Of a DNA stretch of 64,000 bases, positions 1-9,118 are shown one piece after another; within the stretch, counting starts at the first letter, position 1; each line of letters starts with the position of its first letter. The notes beneath the pieces were generated by a model. That model had not been told where the DNA came from. It saw only the letters and a program-made list of their open reading frames with translations, and ran no database searches. Source of the stretch: an uncultured delta proteobacterium (lineage in GTDB: Bacteria; Myxococcota_A; Polyangia; Polyangiales; Polyangiaceae); contig CAWKKR010000004.1 in assembly GCA_963850305.1 (NCBI GenBank), forward strand, positions 96,001 through 160,000. Direction: 5' to 3'. The translations under genes were made by a program, and so were the position numbers.

Positions 1-1
1 G

Positions 2-214
2 AGGAAGTGGGTAGCGGGCGTGGACCTCGGCGCCGATCGAGCCGGGCTCCTGATGAGCGACGACCTCGCGACTGCGGTGGAAGTGATCCGCGCCGCGGAT
101 CCGGCGGCGAGCTCCGTCGGCGCCTCCGAGCGGGTCGAGGAGCTCTACAAGTTTGCCGTGAGCGAGCAATACCTGGGAGCGCGGCAGAAGCTCGGCATCT
201 CGATCGGACGCTGA
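2..214 (+). CDS. 3' end of a large protein; C-terminus resembles myxobacterial giant TPR proteins (AgmK-like tail)
   Basis: Frame is open from the window edge: RKWVAGVDLGADRAGLLMSDDLATAV...LYKFAVSEQYLGARQKLGISIGR*. The 'ADRAGLL..D' and 'FA.S..Y...R..LG' pattern is recalled from myxobacterial TPR proteins. Confidence 0.55.
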   Translation, partial: RKWVAGVDLGADRAGLLMSDDLATAVEVIRAADPAASSVGASERVEELYKFAVSEQYLGARQKLGISIGR

Positions 215-314
215 ACGATCGCTTCGGCGAAGCGCACCATTTGCAACCAGGCTGCGCTTTCACATGAGAGATGCAATCGGGTCGCCCTGTGAGCGGTGTG
301 ATGCGGTCTTTGAG

Positions 315-346
315 CGTCAAAAATGGTTACACACCATTGCTTGACG
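315..346. promoter_or_regulatory. Imperfect palindrome (candidate operator) that includes a TTGACG -35-like hexamer
   Basis: CGTCAA-A-AATGGT-TACAC-ACCATT-GC-TTGACG, with a related TGGTTACCA at 381-389, upstream of the ATG at 453. Confidence 0.4.
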
Positions 347-452
347 GGAGGCCACCCTGTAAGACAGACATGGCTGCGCTTGGTTACCATTAGGAGCCGG
401 CGTCGGTGTCTGTGGGGAGCATCCCACCGTCTCGGACGCCAAAGGGAGTGCC

Positions 453-1571
453 ATGTCTACACGCTTTCGGCGCGCGGGTTCCGTATTGTGGGGACTGGGG
501 ATGGTCGTATCCATCCCTGCTTGTGGCTCGAGCAGCGGACCCTCGACGGGCTCCCAGCCCACAGAAACCGGTGCCGCGGGAAACGAATTCCCGGACACCG
601 GGGGCTACGCGACTGGAAGCGGCGGCACGGACGGCTTTCAGACCCAGGGGAGCGGCGGTCTTCAGACCACCGAAGGCAGCGGAGGCTACGGAACGGGCGG
701 GGGCGAATCCACGGGCACTGGCGGAGCTCAGAGCACGGGTGGAGCCTCTGGCGCGGGCGGAGTTCGGAGCACGGGTGGAGCCACCGGCGCGGGTGGAGGC
801 ACCAGTCCTGGCGGGTCCAGCGGGGGCGGTGCGGGCGGCGCCCCCGCCGCAAAGCCTCCGTGCATCACCGATCCGTCCCAGGGCGCGATCATCGGCGATT
901 CATACGTGACCGGCGCCGCTTCACCGGCGCTACAGCCCGCGCTGGAAGCGCTCGATCCGGCGGCGACGTTCCAGAACTACGCGGTGCCAGGCACATCCCT
1001 GGCCTCGGGCGGACTGCTGGGCTTCATACCGCCCCAGCTGACCAGCGCAATCGGTCAGCAGCCGAACCTCAAGTTCATGATCATGGACGGAGGCGGGAAC
1101 GATATCCTGATCTGCGATCAGATTCAATACCCAGGGTGCAATACCATCTGCGATGCGCCGGGTGCAGAAAACCAGAAAGTGTGCACGGACATCGTCGCGG
1201 CAGCATTCACCGTCGCGAAGCAGATGATGACGACCGCCGCCAACGCCGGGATCAAGGACGTGGTGTACTTCTTCTATCCGCACATCCCGGATGCAAACGG
1301 CGGCTTCAAGGACATCCTCGACTACGCCGCCCCGCTCGCGGAGGATCTCTGCAACAACACGTACACCCAGACGAACGGCAAGCTGACTTGCCATTTCGTG
1401 GACCCGCGCGCAGCCTTCGCCGCAGCAGGCGGCGACATGAACACTGCGAACTTCGCCGCGGACGGGATCCATCCTTCCCAGACTGGACAGAACATCATGG
1501 CAGGCCTCATCTGGAACAAGATGAAGGCGGATTGCCTCGATCAACCTGAAGGCTCGGCTTGCTGCGAGTGA
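453..1571 (+). CDS. SGNH/GDSL-family hydrolase lipoprotein with Gly/Thr/Ser-rich linker
   Basis: Lipobox-like IPAC-GSS, long G/T/S linker, block I IIGDSY, block III GGGND, block V DGIHP. GGGAG RBS-like sequence upstream. Confidence 0.85.
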   Translation: MSTRFRRAGSVLWGLGMVVSIPACGSSSGPSTGSQPTETGAAGNEFPDTGGYATGSGGTDGFQTQGSGGLQTTEGSGGYGTGGGESTGTGGAQSTGGASGAGGVRSTGGATGAGGGTSPGGSSGGGAGGAPAAKPPCITDPSQGAIIGDSYVTGAASPALQPALEALDPAATFQNYAVPGTSLASGGLLGFIPPQLTSAIGQQPNLKFMIMDGGGNDILICDQIQYPGCNTICDAPGAENQKVCTDIVAAAFTVAKQMMTTAANAGIKDVVYFFYPHIPDANGGFKDILDYAAPLAEDLCNNTYTQTNGKLTCHFVDPRAAFAAAGGDMNTANFAADGIHPSQTGQNIMAGLIWNKMKADCLDQPEGSACCE

Positions 1572-1723
1572 CGCGCCGGGAAGGGGCTGCCGAAAGGTAA
1601 CACTCCGACGGCGGCTCTGGAACGGTGTGGTAGCAAAAAGCCGTCAGGCGCCTCGACTTTGGACCCGGATACGGTTCAAGATGAAGCGAGGGCGGCGAGC
1701 GAAACGCACGTCCCTGGAAACTC

Positions 1724-2647
1724 GTGCCGGACGACACCTTCGACGAGGCAGCGGACCAGACGGTCGTCATCGCCAGCAGCGATCTGAAGGTTCACAGCGT
1801 TCCGGCCATCTCGGAAGCGCGAACGCATGTGCTCGTTCGGATGGACGGGTCCGACATCGGCCAGGTCACGACGCTCGCCGGCTCGGAAATCGAGATGGGA
1901 CGCAGTCCGAAGAGCGCCGTTCATCTGCCGTTCGAAGGCGTCAGCCGGCAGCACGCGCGCATGATCTGGCAGGACGGCGCGTACCTCATCGAGGATCTCG
2001 AGTCGGCGAACGGTACCTTCGTGAAGGGAACGCGCGTAGTGCGCCATCGGCTCGTGGACGGCGACGTGGTGCAGATTGGGCCCCGCGTCGTGTTCCGATA
2101 TTCCATCACCGACAAGAGCGAGGAGCGCATTCTCCGGCAGCTCTACGAATCGAGCGTGAAAGATGCGCTCACCGGCGCTCACAACCGCGAATACCTGGCC
2201 GAGCGACTGAAAGTGGAAGTGGCTTACGCCAAGAGGCACCAGACGGAACTCTCCGTCTTGATGATGGATGTCGATCACTTCAAGAAGGTCAACGACACCT
2301 ACGGTCATCAAGCAGGCGATGCAGTTCTGGTGGCGACTGCGGCCTCGCTGGCCCAGACGCTTCGTAACGAGGACGTCCTTGCCCGTTACGGTGGAGAAGA
2401 ATTCCTGGTGATCTTGCGGGGAACCGGCCTCACCACCGCCCTGACGGTTGCCGAGCGGTTACGACAGCTGGTCGAGATGACGCGGGTCGCTCACGGCGAT
2501 CAGACGATCCGGTGCACGGTCAGCGGCGGCTGCGCGTCGATCACTTGCGCGGAAGCAACGAGCGCCGAAGCGCTCGTTGCCATCGCGGACCGCAGACTGT
2601 ATCTTGCCAAGCGAGCGGGCCGGAATCGTGTGGTCGCGGACGGCTGA
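1724..2647 (+). CDS. FHA-domain diguanylate cyclase
   Basis: FHA motifs GR..SRQHA..DLESANGT, then DALTG, DVDHFKKVNDTYGH..GD and RYGGEEF. RNED I-site (RxxD) precedes GGEEF. Confidence 0.92.
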   Translation: MPDDTFDEAADQTVVIASSDLKVHSVPAISEARTHVLVRMDGSDIGQVTTLAGSEIEMGRSPKSAVHLPFEGVSRQHARMIWQDGAYLIEDLESANGTFVKGTRVVRHRLVDGDVVQIGPRVVFRYSITDKSEERILRQLYESSVKDALTGAHNREYLAERLKVEVAYAKRHQTELSVLMMDVDHFKKVNDTYGHQAGDAVLVATAASLAQTLRNEDVLARYGGEEFLVILRGTGLTTALTVAERLRQLVEMTRVAHGDQTIRCTVSGGCASITCAEATSAEALVAIADRRLYLAKRAGRNRVVADG

Positions 2648-2704
2648 GGGGGCCGCGTGGGGTATCTGAGCCGGTCGTATTCGGCTTCCGTGCGCGTGCA
2701 CGCC

Positions 2705-4408
2705 ATGGCGCGGATCGTTCCTCACGCGCTCGATCTGCACTCGTACGCGCACGCAAATGCGGCGCTGTTGCTGGAACGAAACGCGACGAGGTTCGCCGAT
2801 CGCCCTGCCCTGCTGTTCGGCGACGAGACGTATTCCTGGGCGGAGGTCGAACGCGAGACGAATCGGTGGGCGCAATTCTTCCTGTCGCACGGGATGAGCC
2901 GGGGTTCCGTTGCGGCGCTCCTCATGGACAACCGCCCCGAATACGTCTTCGCACTGCTCGCGCTGAGCCGAATCCGCGCCGTTACGGCGTGCATCAACAC
3001 GAACCTGTCGGGCCGCCCGCTGGCGCACGCGATCAACGCAGTGAATCCATCCATCATAGTGGTCGGCTCGGAGCATCTCGCCGTGTTGACCGCAATGCGA
3101 GAGCGTCGGATCTACGTGCACTCGGATCGCGACGGCGCTGCGAGAGCGGAGTCCATCAATGCGGAACTCGAGAGCCACGACGGGATCCTGGTGCGCCGCT
3201 CGCGCCCCGATACGAGCGAGCCGATGGCGTATCTGTACACCTCGGGAACTACCGGACTTCCGAAGGCCGCCGTGGTCACGAACCAGCGGTTCTTGCTGAC
3301 GGCGTACGCCTTCGGCAAGGCGATGCACGAGGCGTGTGAACACGACGTGATCTACGTCCCGTTGCCGCTCTATCACGGCACGGCGCAGTGGACCGGGTTT
3401 GGCGCGTGTCTGGCGACGGGTGCCGCGATGGCCTTCCGTCGCAGGTTCTCGGCCTCGAGCTTCTGGGCTGACGCCGTGAGGTTCGGCGCGACCCGGATGG
3501 TCTACATCGGCGAGGTCTGCCGCTACTTGCTTCATCAGCCGGTCTCGGCCGACGAGAGTCGGCATTCGATTCGCGTGGCTGCTGGCAATGGATTGCGTCC
3601 GGACGTCTGGACGCCGTTTCAAAGAAGATGCGGCATCCCCATGATCCGGGAATTTTACGGAGCAACCGAGGGCAACGCGCCGCTCGCCAATCTCGAAGGT
3701 CGACCGGGCATGCTGGGTCGCCTGGCGTTCGGGCAAGCGCTCGTCGCGTTCGATGTCGAGTCGGGCACCGTCCGGCGCGACGGGAAAGGGCGCGCCATTC
3801 GCGTGGAGTCCGCCGAGCAGACCGGGCTCTTCATCGGACGCATTTCCGCCGTCACGAAATTCGACGGTTATGTCGACGCGCGCGCCACGGAGGCCAAGGT
3901 CTTGCGCGATGTCTTCGCTCCCGGCGACACGTGGTTCAACACCGGGGACTTGCTCACTCTCCACGAGGACGGCTGGCTTTCGTTCGCCGATCGGGTCGGT
4001 GATACGTTCCGATGGAAGGGGGAGAATGTGTCGACCAACGAAGTGGCGGACGTCCTCGACGCCTTTCCGGCCGTACTCGAGGCCAACGTTTACGGCGTGC
4101 TCGTCGCGGGATCGGAGGGGCGCGCCGGGATGGCGAGCCTCCACGCCACCGACGACTTCGACCTCGATGCTTTCCGCACCCATGTCATGACCGCACTGCC
4201 AGCATACGCACGGCCGTTGTTCCTGCGTCTGCAGACGGAAATGCGTGTCACGGGCACGTTCAAGCACCAGAAGACGGATTACCGGAACGAAGGCTACGAT
4301 CCAACGACGGTGCGGGATCCTCTGTTCGCTTTGCTCGATGGACGATACGTCCCCATCGACGACGCTCTGTTCGCGAGGATCCGAGGCGGCCAAATCGTGC
4401 TCGGCTGA
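2705..4408 (+). CDS. Long-chain acyl-CoA synthetase, FATP/FadD6-like
   Basis: YTSGTTGLPKA AMP-binding motif, EFYGATEGN, DRVGDTFRWKGENVSTNEV FATP signature. ORF could start at GTG 2657. Confidence 0.9.
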   Translation: MARIVPHALDLHSYAHANAALLLERNATRFADRPALLFGDETYSWAEVERETNRWAQFFLSHGMSRGSVAALLMDNRPEYVFALLALSRIRAVTACINTNLSGRPLAHAINAVNPSIIVVGSEHLAVLTAMRERRIYVHSDRDGAARAESINAELESHDGILVRRSRPDTSEPMAYLYTSGTTGLPKAAVVTNQRFLLTAYAFGKAMHEACEHDVIYVPLPLYHGTAQWTGFGACLATGAAMAFRRRFSASSFWADAVRFGATRMVYIGEVCRYLLHQPVSADESRHSIRVAAGNGLRPDVWTPFQRRCGIPMIREFYGATEGNAPLANLEGRPGMLGRLAFGQALVAFDVESGTVRRDGKGRAIRVESAEQTGLFIGRISAVTKFDGYVDARATEAKVLRDVFAPGDTWFNTGDLLTLHEDGWLSFADRVGDTFRWKGENVSTNEVADVLDAFPAVLEANVYGVLVAGSEGRAGMASLHATDDFDLDAFRTHVMTALPAYARPLFLRLQTEMRVTGTFKHQKTDYRNEGYDPTTVRDPLFALLDGRYVPIDDALFARIRGGQIVLG

Positions 4409-4427
4409 CCCCCGACGCCGCGATCCG

Positions 4428-5210
4428 TCACTTCCCCGAAAACCGCGGAGCCCGTTTCTCGAGAAACGCGCGCACTCCTTCCGTGTAGTCGGCACTGGCG
4501 TAGCAGGCTTCTATGCTCCGCGCGATGGCCCGCGCATCCCGTTCGACTGCGTCTTTCTCGAACTCGCGCGCGACGATCTTGGCACTCCGGATGGTCAGAG
4601 GTGCATTCTCGGCGATCCGGCCAGCCACGTCGCGCACGAAAGCGTCGAACTCGGGCTTCGGGCGAACTTCGTTCACGAGCCGCCGCGTCAGAGCTTCTTC
4701 GGCGGTGAAGCGTTTGGCGGTGAAGAATATCTCCTTCGCGGCTGAAACCCCGACGACTCGAACGAGGGCTTCGATTCCGGACGCGGGGTATCCGAGCCCG
4801 AGGCGTACCGCGGGGATCGCAAAGGTCGCGTCGGCGGCCGCGTAACGAAAGTCGGCAGTGAGCGCGATGGCGACACCCCCGCCGACACAGAACCCGTGGA
4901 TCGACGCAATGAGCGGCTTGTCGAGCGCGAAGAGCGCCGAGAACGCCCGTTCGTTTGCGGCGTCGTACTCCGCGGCCGCTTCCCCGGACCGGGTGCGCTC
5001 GAACTCCGAGATGTCCGCGCCGGACATGAACGCGACCTCGCCCGCGCCGCGGAGCACGACCACGCGAACCTGCTCGTCTCGAGCCAGGCTCTCGACTGCA
5101 CGCGGAATGTCGAGCCACATATCGAGGGTGATCGCATTCCGGCGTTCGGGATGATCGAACACGATGAACGCGACGGCCCCGTCTTTCTCGATGCGAACGG
5201 CTCCGGGCAT
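4428..5210 (-). CDS. Enoyl-CoA hydratase/isomerase
   Basis: MPGAVRIEKDG start, AFMSGADISEF, KPLIASIHGFCVGGG, DYTEGVRAFLEKRAPRF. Confidence 0.9.
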   Translation of the reverse strand: MPGAVRIEKDGAVAFIVFDHPERRNAITLDMWLDIPRAVESLARDEQVRVVVLRGAGEVAFMSGADISEFERTRSGEAAAEYDAANERAFSALFALDKPLIASIHGFCVGGGVAIALTADFRYAAADATFAIPAVRLGLGYPASGIEALVRVVGVSAAKEIFFTAKRFTAEEALTRRLVNEVRPKPEFDAFVRDVAGRIAENAPLTIRSAKIVAREFEKDAVERDARAIARSIEACYASADYTEGVRAFLEKRAPRFSGK

Positions 5211-5344
5211 GCGAAACGCACGATATCCCGGACCGCCCCCCGGGAACAGGCGTGTTGCCGACGGAGCACGGGATCTATGGTCCGCGCGAGGCGGAGCCGG
5301 AGACCATGATCGACCGAACGAAGCACCGGGTCTAGAGTGCTGGC

Positions 5345-8158
5345 GTGCTCGCCCGCGCGCTCGGAATTCGTGACGAGGATCGGCGGGACGCGACGGTCGC
5401 CTTCTTGACGCTGCTCGGCGTGATGACCGCGCACGCGCTCTTGGAGACGGCGCGCGACGCTCTGTTCCTCTCGAAACTACCGGCGCGCGATCTGCCGTGG
5501 GCGTACATCGCGATCGCCGTCCTGTCGTTCGGCGTCGCAACCGCGAGCCGCGCGGTTCGCGGGCGCGTTCCGAGGCGGGTCACGCTCATGCTGTCGCTTC
5601 TCCTCGGCGGCGGGGTGACCGTGCTGTTTCACTTTCTGGTGGATTCCCGCTCGGCACCGACGGTGTTCGCGTTCTACGTGTGGACCGGACTCCTCGCGAC
5701 CGTGGTCGTCGTGGAATTCTGGCTGCTCGTCGCGGAAGCGTTGGACGTCGGACAGGCAAAGCGCGTCTTCGCCATCATCGGCGCGGGCGGCCTCTCCGGC
5801 GCGGTGCTCGGCGCGGCGCTCGCAAGCGCGCTCCTCGTCGTCCTTCGACCGTCGAGCTTGCTGCTCGTGGCCGGCGGGGTCCTCGCCATCACGGCGATCT
5901 GTCCACTGTTTTTCGCCCCCGGCAAACCCGCGGGCGCGAAACGGGGCGCGGTGCAGCCCGCGTCCTGGACGGTCCTGCTTCGGCGCGAGCCGTACTTGCG
6001 TCGCTTGCTGTGGGTCGTGTTCGCGTCGAGCATGGTGCTCACGGGCGTCGACTACGTCTTCAAGGCAATCGCCTCGGTCGAGCTGGCTCCGGATCAACTG
6101 GCACCGTTCTTCGCTCGCTTCTACGCGATCATCGGCAGCGTCGCACTCGGGGTTCAGCTGTTCATGGCGCCGCGACTGCTCAGAACTCTGGGCGTCAATG
6201 GGTCGCTGCTGTTGCTACCCGCGCTCCTCCTCATCGGTTCGGGTGGCTTCGTCCTGACGGGAGGACTCGGCGCGGCTCTGTTGATGCGCGGGGCGGATGG
6301 CGCCCTCCGGCACTCCCTCCACCGGACGGGGACCGAGATTCTCTTCGTGCCCCTGCCACCGGCGGTACGCGACCGTTACAAGGGATTCATCGAAGCCATC
6401 GGTCAGCGCGGCGGCCAGGGCATGGCGTCGGTGCTGCTTCTGGGGGCGGCGGCGACCGGCGTACGCCCGGTGGATATCGGGGTGGCGCTCATCGTATTTG
6501 CCGGCGTGTGGCTGGCCGCGACGAGCAGTATCAAGCCGCATTACCTCGAGCTTTTCCGGAGAAACCTCCGCGAAGGAATGCTCGAGACGCACGTGGAGGT
6601 TCCCGACCTGGACCTGAACTCGCTCGAAGCCCTCATCGGTGCGCTGAGTTCGCACAACGACCATGAGGTCACCGCCGCACTGGATCTCCTCGCTTCGTAC
6701 AAGAAGACGAACCTCGTTCCGGCGCTCATCTTGTACCACCCCTCGCCGGACGTCGTGCTGCACGCGTTCGCGCATTTCGCCGGCGCTGGTCGCTCGGACG
6801 CGGATCGCTTGATCGATCGCCTGATCTCGCACGACGATGAACGGATTCGGGCCGCGGCACTCCGCCACACTGCGTCCCGCGCCGGAACGACCCTCCTCGG
6901 CACGCTCTCGAGAGATCCGTCCCCCCTCGTCCGCACGACCGCGGTGGTCGAGCTCATCCGGCGAGGAGCGATCGACGAGTGGAAGGGAGGCGACGTCCTC
7001 CGAGGCATCATCGACGGCGGTTCACCGGAGCTGCGGCGAGCGCTGGCCTTCGCGTCCCGCGAGCTGCCCTCGGGCCGCTACTCGTGGGCGCTCATCCGGC
7101 TCGCGTTCATCCCGGAGCCCGGGCTCGCCGTCGAGGTCGCCCGATCGATGGCGGCGGCACCCGACGTGGAGTTCGTCCCTACCCTGGCCCGCTTGCTCGC
7201 CGTGCGCGACTGCAGAGAGGACGCGCGCGGTGCGCTCTTCGCCCTGGGCGAGGCGGCACTCGGCGCGCTCGATGGCGCGCTGACGGACACGACCTTGTCG
7301 CGCGCCGTGCGACGCCATTTGCCGAGAACCATAGCGCATCTCGGGGGCGCGCTCGCGTCCCAGATCCTGGAACGGCGGCTCGCGGTCGAACCCGACGAGG
7401 TCGTGGAGCTCAACATCGTCCGCGCCCTGGGGCGAATGCGCGCGCTCGACCCGGGTCTGGCGGTCGACACCGATGCGCTCTTCGGCGAAGCGCGGCGAAC
7501 TCTCGCGCGAGGCGTCACGCTGCTGTTCTGGCAAGTGGTGAGCGACCGATTCTGTCGCGAGCACCCGCAGGCGCGGAGCGCGGCCGCGGAGATGCTCATG
7601 GCACTCCTCGCCGACAAGGAGTCACGAGCTATCGAGCGTGTGTTCCGGATCCTCGAGGTCATAGATCCGTCCGAAGAGTTCGAGGTCCTGCTCGCCGGCT
7701 TGAAGAGCACCGACGCGCGACGCCGGGAGAACGGCCGCGAGCTCTTGAGCCACGTCGTGCCCGAGCCGCTCCGGAGCGGCATCCTCGCCATGCTCGGCGA
7801 TGGCCCGGTCGACGCCCGCCTGCGCCAGGCCGTGCGGTTCCACGATCCGGGCGGACGCTCGCGACCCGATCGAACCGCGTTGCTCCTCGGCGACGCTCTA
7901 CTGGATAGAGGCGACCATGCGGCGGCGGTCGGGGACCTCGACGGCATCCATGTCGAGTGCCTCCGGGCCATGCTCCTGGATCCGAGCGACGCCGTGCGGA
8001 GCGTCGCGAGCTACCGGATCGCCGAGCTCGGGCTGGGTGAGCTCGAGACGGAGCTGCGGACCGCCGCAGCTCCGCGCGATGGCGCACTCGCAGAACTGTC
8101 CGATCGAGCCGTCGAGCTGCTCGAACGCGCGACGACGGAGGTGAGCCGTGCGGGCTGA
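5345..8158 (+). CDS. Npt1/TLC-like (ATP/ADP antiporter-type MFS) membrane protein with C-terminal HEAT repeats
   Basis: About 12 hydrophobic segments in the first ~400 aa with FW..D..QAKRVF, VDYVFK and LRHSLHRTGTEILFVP motifs, followed by HEAT-like repeats (DDERIRAAAL, DPSPLVRTTA, DPSDAVRSVA). Confidence 0.75.
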   Translation: MLARALGIRDEDRRDATVAFLTLLGVMTAHALLETARDALFLSKLPARDLPWAYIAIAVLSFGVATASRAVRGRVPRRVTLMLSLLLGGGVTVLFHFLVDSRSAPTVFAFYVWTGLLATVVVVEFWLLVAEALDVGQAKRVFAIIGAGGLSGAVLGAALASALLVVLRPSSLLLVAGGVLAITAICPLFFAPGKPAGAKRGAVQPASWTVLLRREPYLRRLLWVVFASSMVLTGVDYVFKAIASVELAPDQLAPFFARFYAIIGSVALGVQLFMAPRLLRTLGVNGSLLLLPALLLIGSGGFVLTGGLGAALLMRGADGALRHSLHRTGTEILFVPLPPAVRDRYKGFIEAIGQRGGQGMASVLLLGAAATGVRPVDIGVALIVFAGVWLAATSSIKPHYLELFRRNLREGMLETHVEVPDLDLNSLEALIGALSSHNDHEVTAALDLLASYKKTNLVPALILYHPSPDVVLHAFAHFAGAGRSDADRLIDRLISHDDERIRAAALRHTASRAGTTLLGTLSRDPSPLVRTTAVVELIRRGAIDEWKGGDVLRGIIDGGSPELRRALAFASRELPSGRYSWALIRLAFIPEPGLAVEVARSMAAAPDVEFVPTLARLLAVRDCREDARGALFALGEAALGALDGALTDTTLSRAVRRHLPRTIAHLGGALASQILERRLAVEPDEVVELNIVRALGRMRALDPGLAVDTDALFGEARRTLARGVTLLFWQVVSDRFCREHPQARSAAAEMLMALLADKESRAIERVFRILEVIDPSEEFEVLLAGLKSTDARRRENGRELLSHVVPEPLRSGILAMLGDGPVDARLRQAVRFHDPGGRSRPDRTALLLGDALLDRGDHAAAVGDLDGIHVECLRAMLLDPSDAVRSVASYRIAELGLGELETELRTAAAPRDGALAELSDRAVELLERATTEVSRAG

Positions 8159-9083
8159 CGGCGAACGCATGCGCCCGGGCCACGTGGCGCGAGTGCTCGC
8201 GCTGCGCTCATTTCCAGGGCTCGCGCAGGTTCACCCGACCCACCTCGCCCTCCTCGCCGATCTCGCGAAGGAGCGGACATTCGGCAAAGGAGACACGCTG
8301 CTGAAACCGGGAACGCCGGTACGATCGATGCACCTGATTCGCGGCGGGTCCGTCGCGGTGCTCCACGAGAACATCGTCACCCGCCGCTTCGGCGCGACCG
8401 ACATCGTCGGGGCGGTCGCGGCGCTGGCACGGCTTCCGGAGGGCCAGCATGTCGTCGCAGAAGAAGAGACGAATACGTTCGAGATCGACATCGACGATTT
8501 CGAGGAGGTGCTGGAAGAAAGCTTTTCCATCCTGCTTGCGGCGCTCCGCGGGACTCTAGCGAGCGTGATGGAATGCCGGCTGAAGCTGCCGGGAAACGCC
8601 GGCTTTCCCGAGCCGAGCGCCGGCCAGACAGAGCGTGCGGACGCGGTCCTCGGACCCGTGGAGAGGGTTCTCTTCTTGCGCCGGCTCATGACGTACGGGC
8701 GCGCCCAGGTGGAAGCGCTCGCCGAGCTCGCGCGCGAGATGCACGAGGTCCGGATCCCTGCGGGCACCGAGCTCTGGCGCGATGGCGACCCGGCCATGCA
8801 CTCGCTCCTGGTGTGGAGCGGCGTGATCATCGGCGAGGCCCGCCACGGGCAGAGATTCAAGCTGGGCCCGGACTCCGTCGCGGGGGGCATCGACTCGATC
8901 GCCGGAGAGAAGCGGTTCTACCGCGCCGTCGCGGAGACCGACGTCGTGGCGCTGCGGAGCGACACCGCGCACCTCATGGACGTGATTGAAGAGCATCCCG
9001 ACATGGGGCTCGACATGCTCCGGGCCGCAGCGCGAATCCTCTCGAATCTCTACGCCGCGCTGGACCGCCAGACGCTCGGTTGA
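8148..9083 (+). CDS. Tandem cyclic nucleotide-binding domain protein
   Basis: Two Crp/cNMP-like beta-rolls (FGKGDTLLKPG..MHLIRGGSV; PAGTELWRDGD..LLVWSGVI), no HTH. Overlaps the upstream gene by 11 nt. Confidence 0.8.
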   Translation: MRADGERMRPGHVARVLALRSFPGLAQVHPTHLALLADLAKERTFGKGDTLLKPGTPVRSMHLIRGGSVAVLHENIVTRRFGATDIVGAVAALARLPEGQHVVAEEETNTFEIDIDDFEEVLEESFSILLAALRGTLASVMECRLKLPGNAGFPEPSAGQTERADAVLGPVERVLFLRRLMTYGRAQVEALAELAREMHEVRIPAGTELWRDGDPAMHSLLVWSGVIIGEARHGQRFKLGPDSVAGGIDSIAGEKRFYRAVAETDVVALRSDTAHLMDVIEEHPDMGLDMLRAAARILSNLYAALDRQTLG

Positions 9084-9118
9084 GTTCTGGCGGACTCCGC
9101 TTCGCGTGCCCTCAAACA

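Noticed and set aside
700..840. Tandem ~36-bp repeats (GAGCACGGGTGGAGCC...)
   Set aside because: They encode the STGGxxGAGG linker of a lipoprotein. There are no unique spacers or cas genes, so this is not a CRISPR array.
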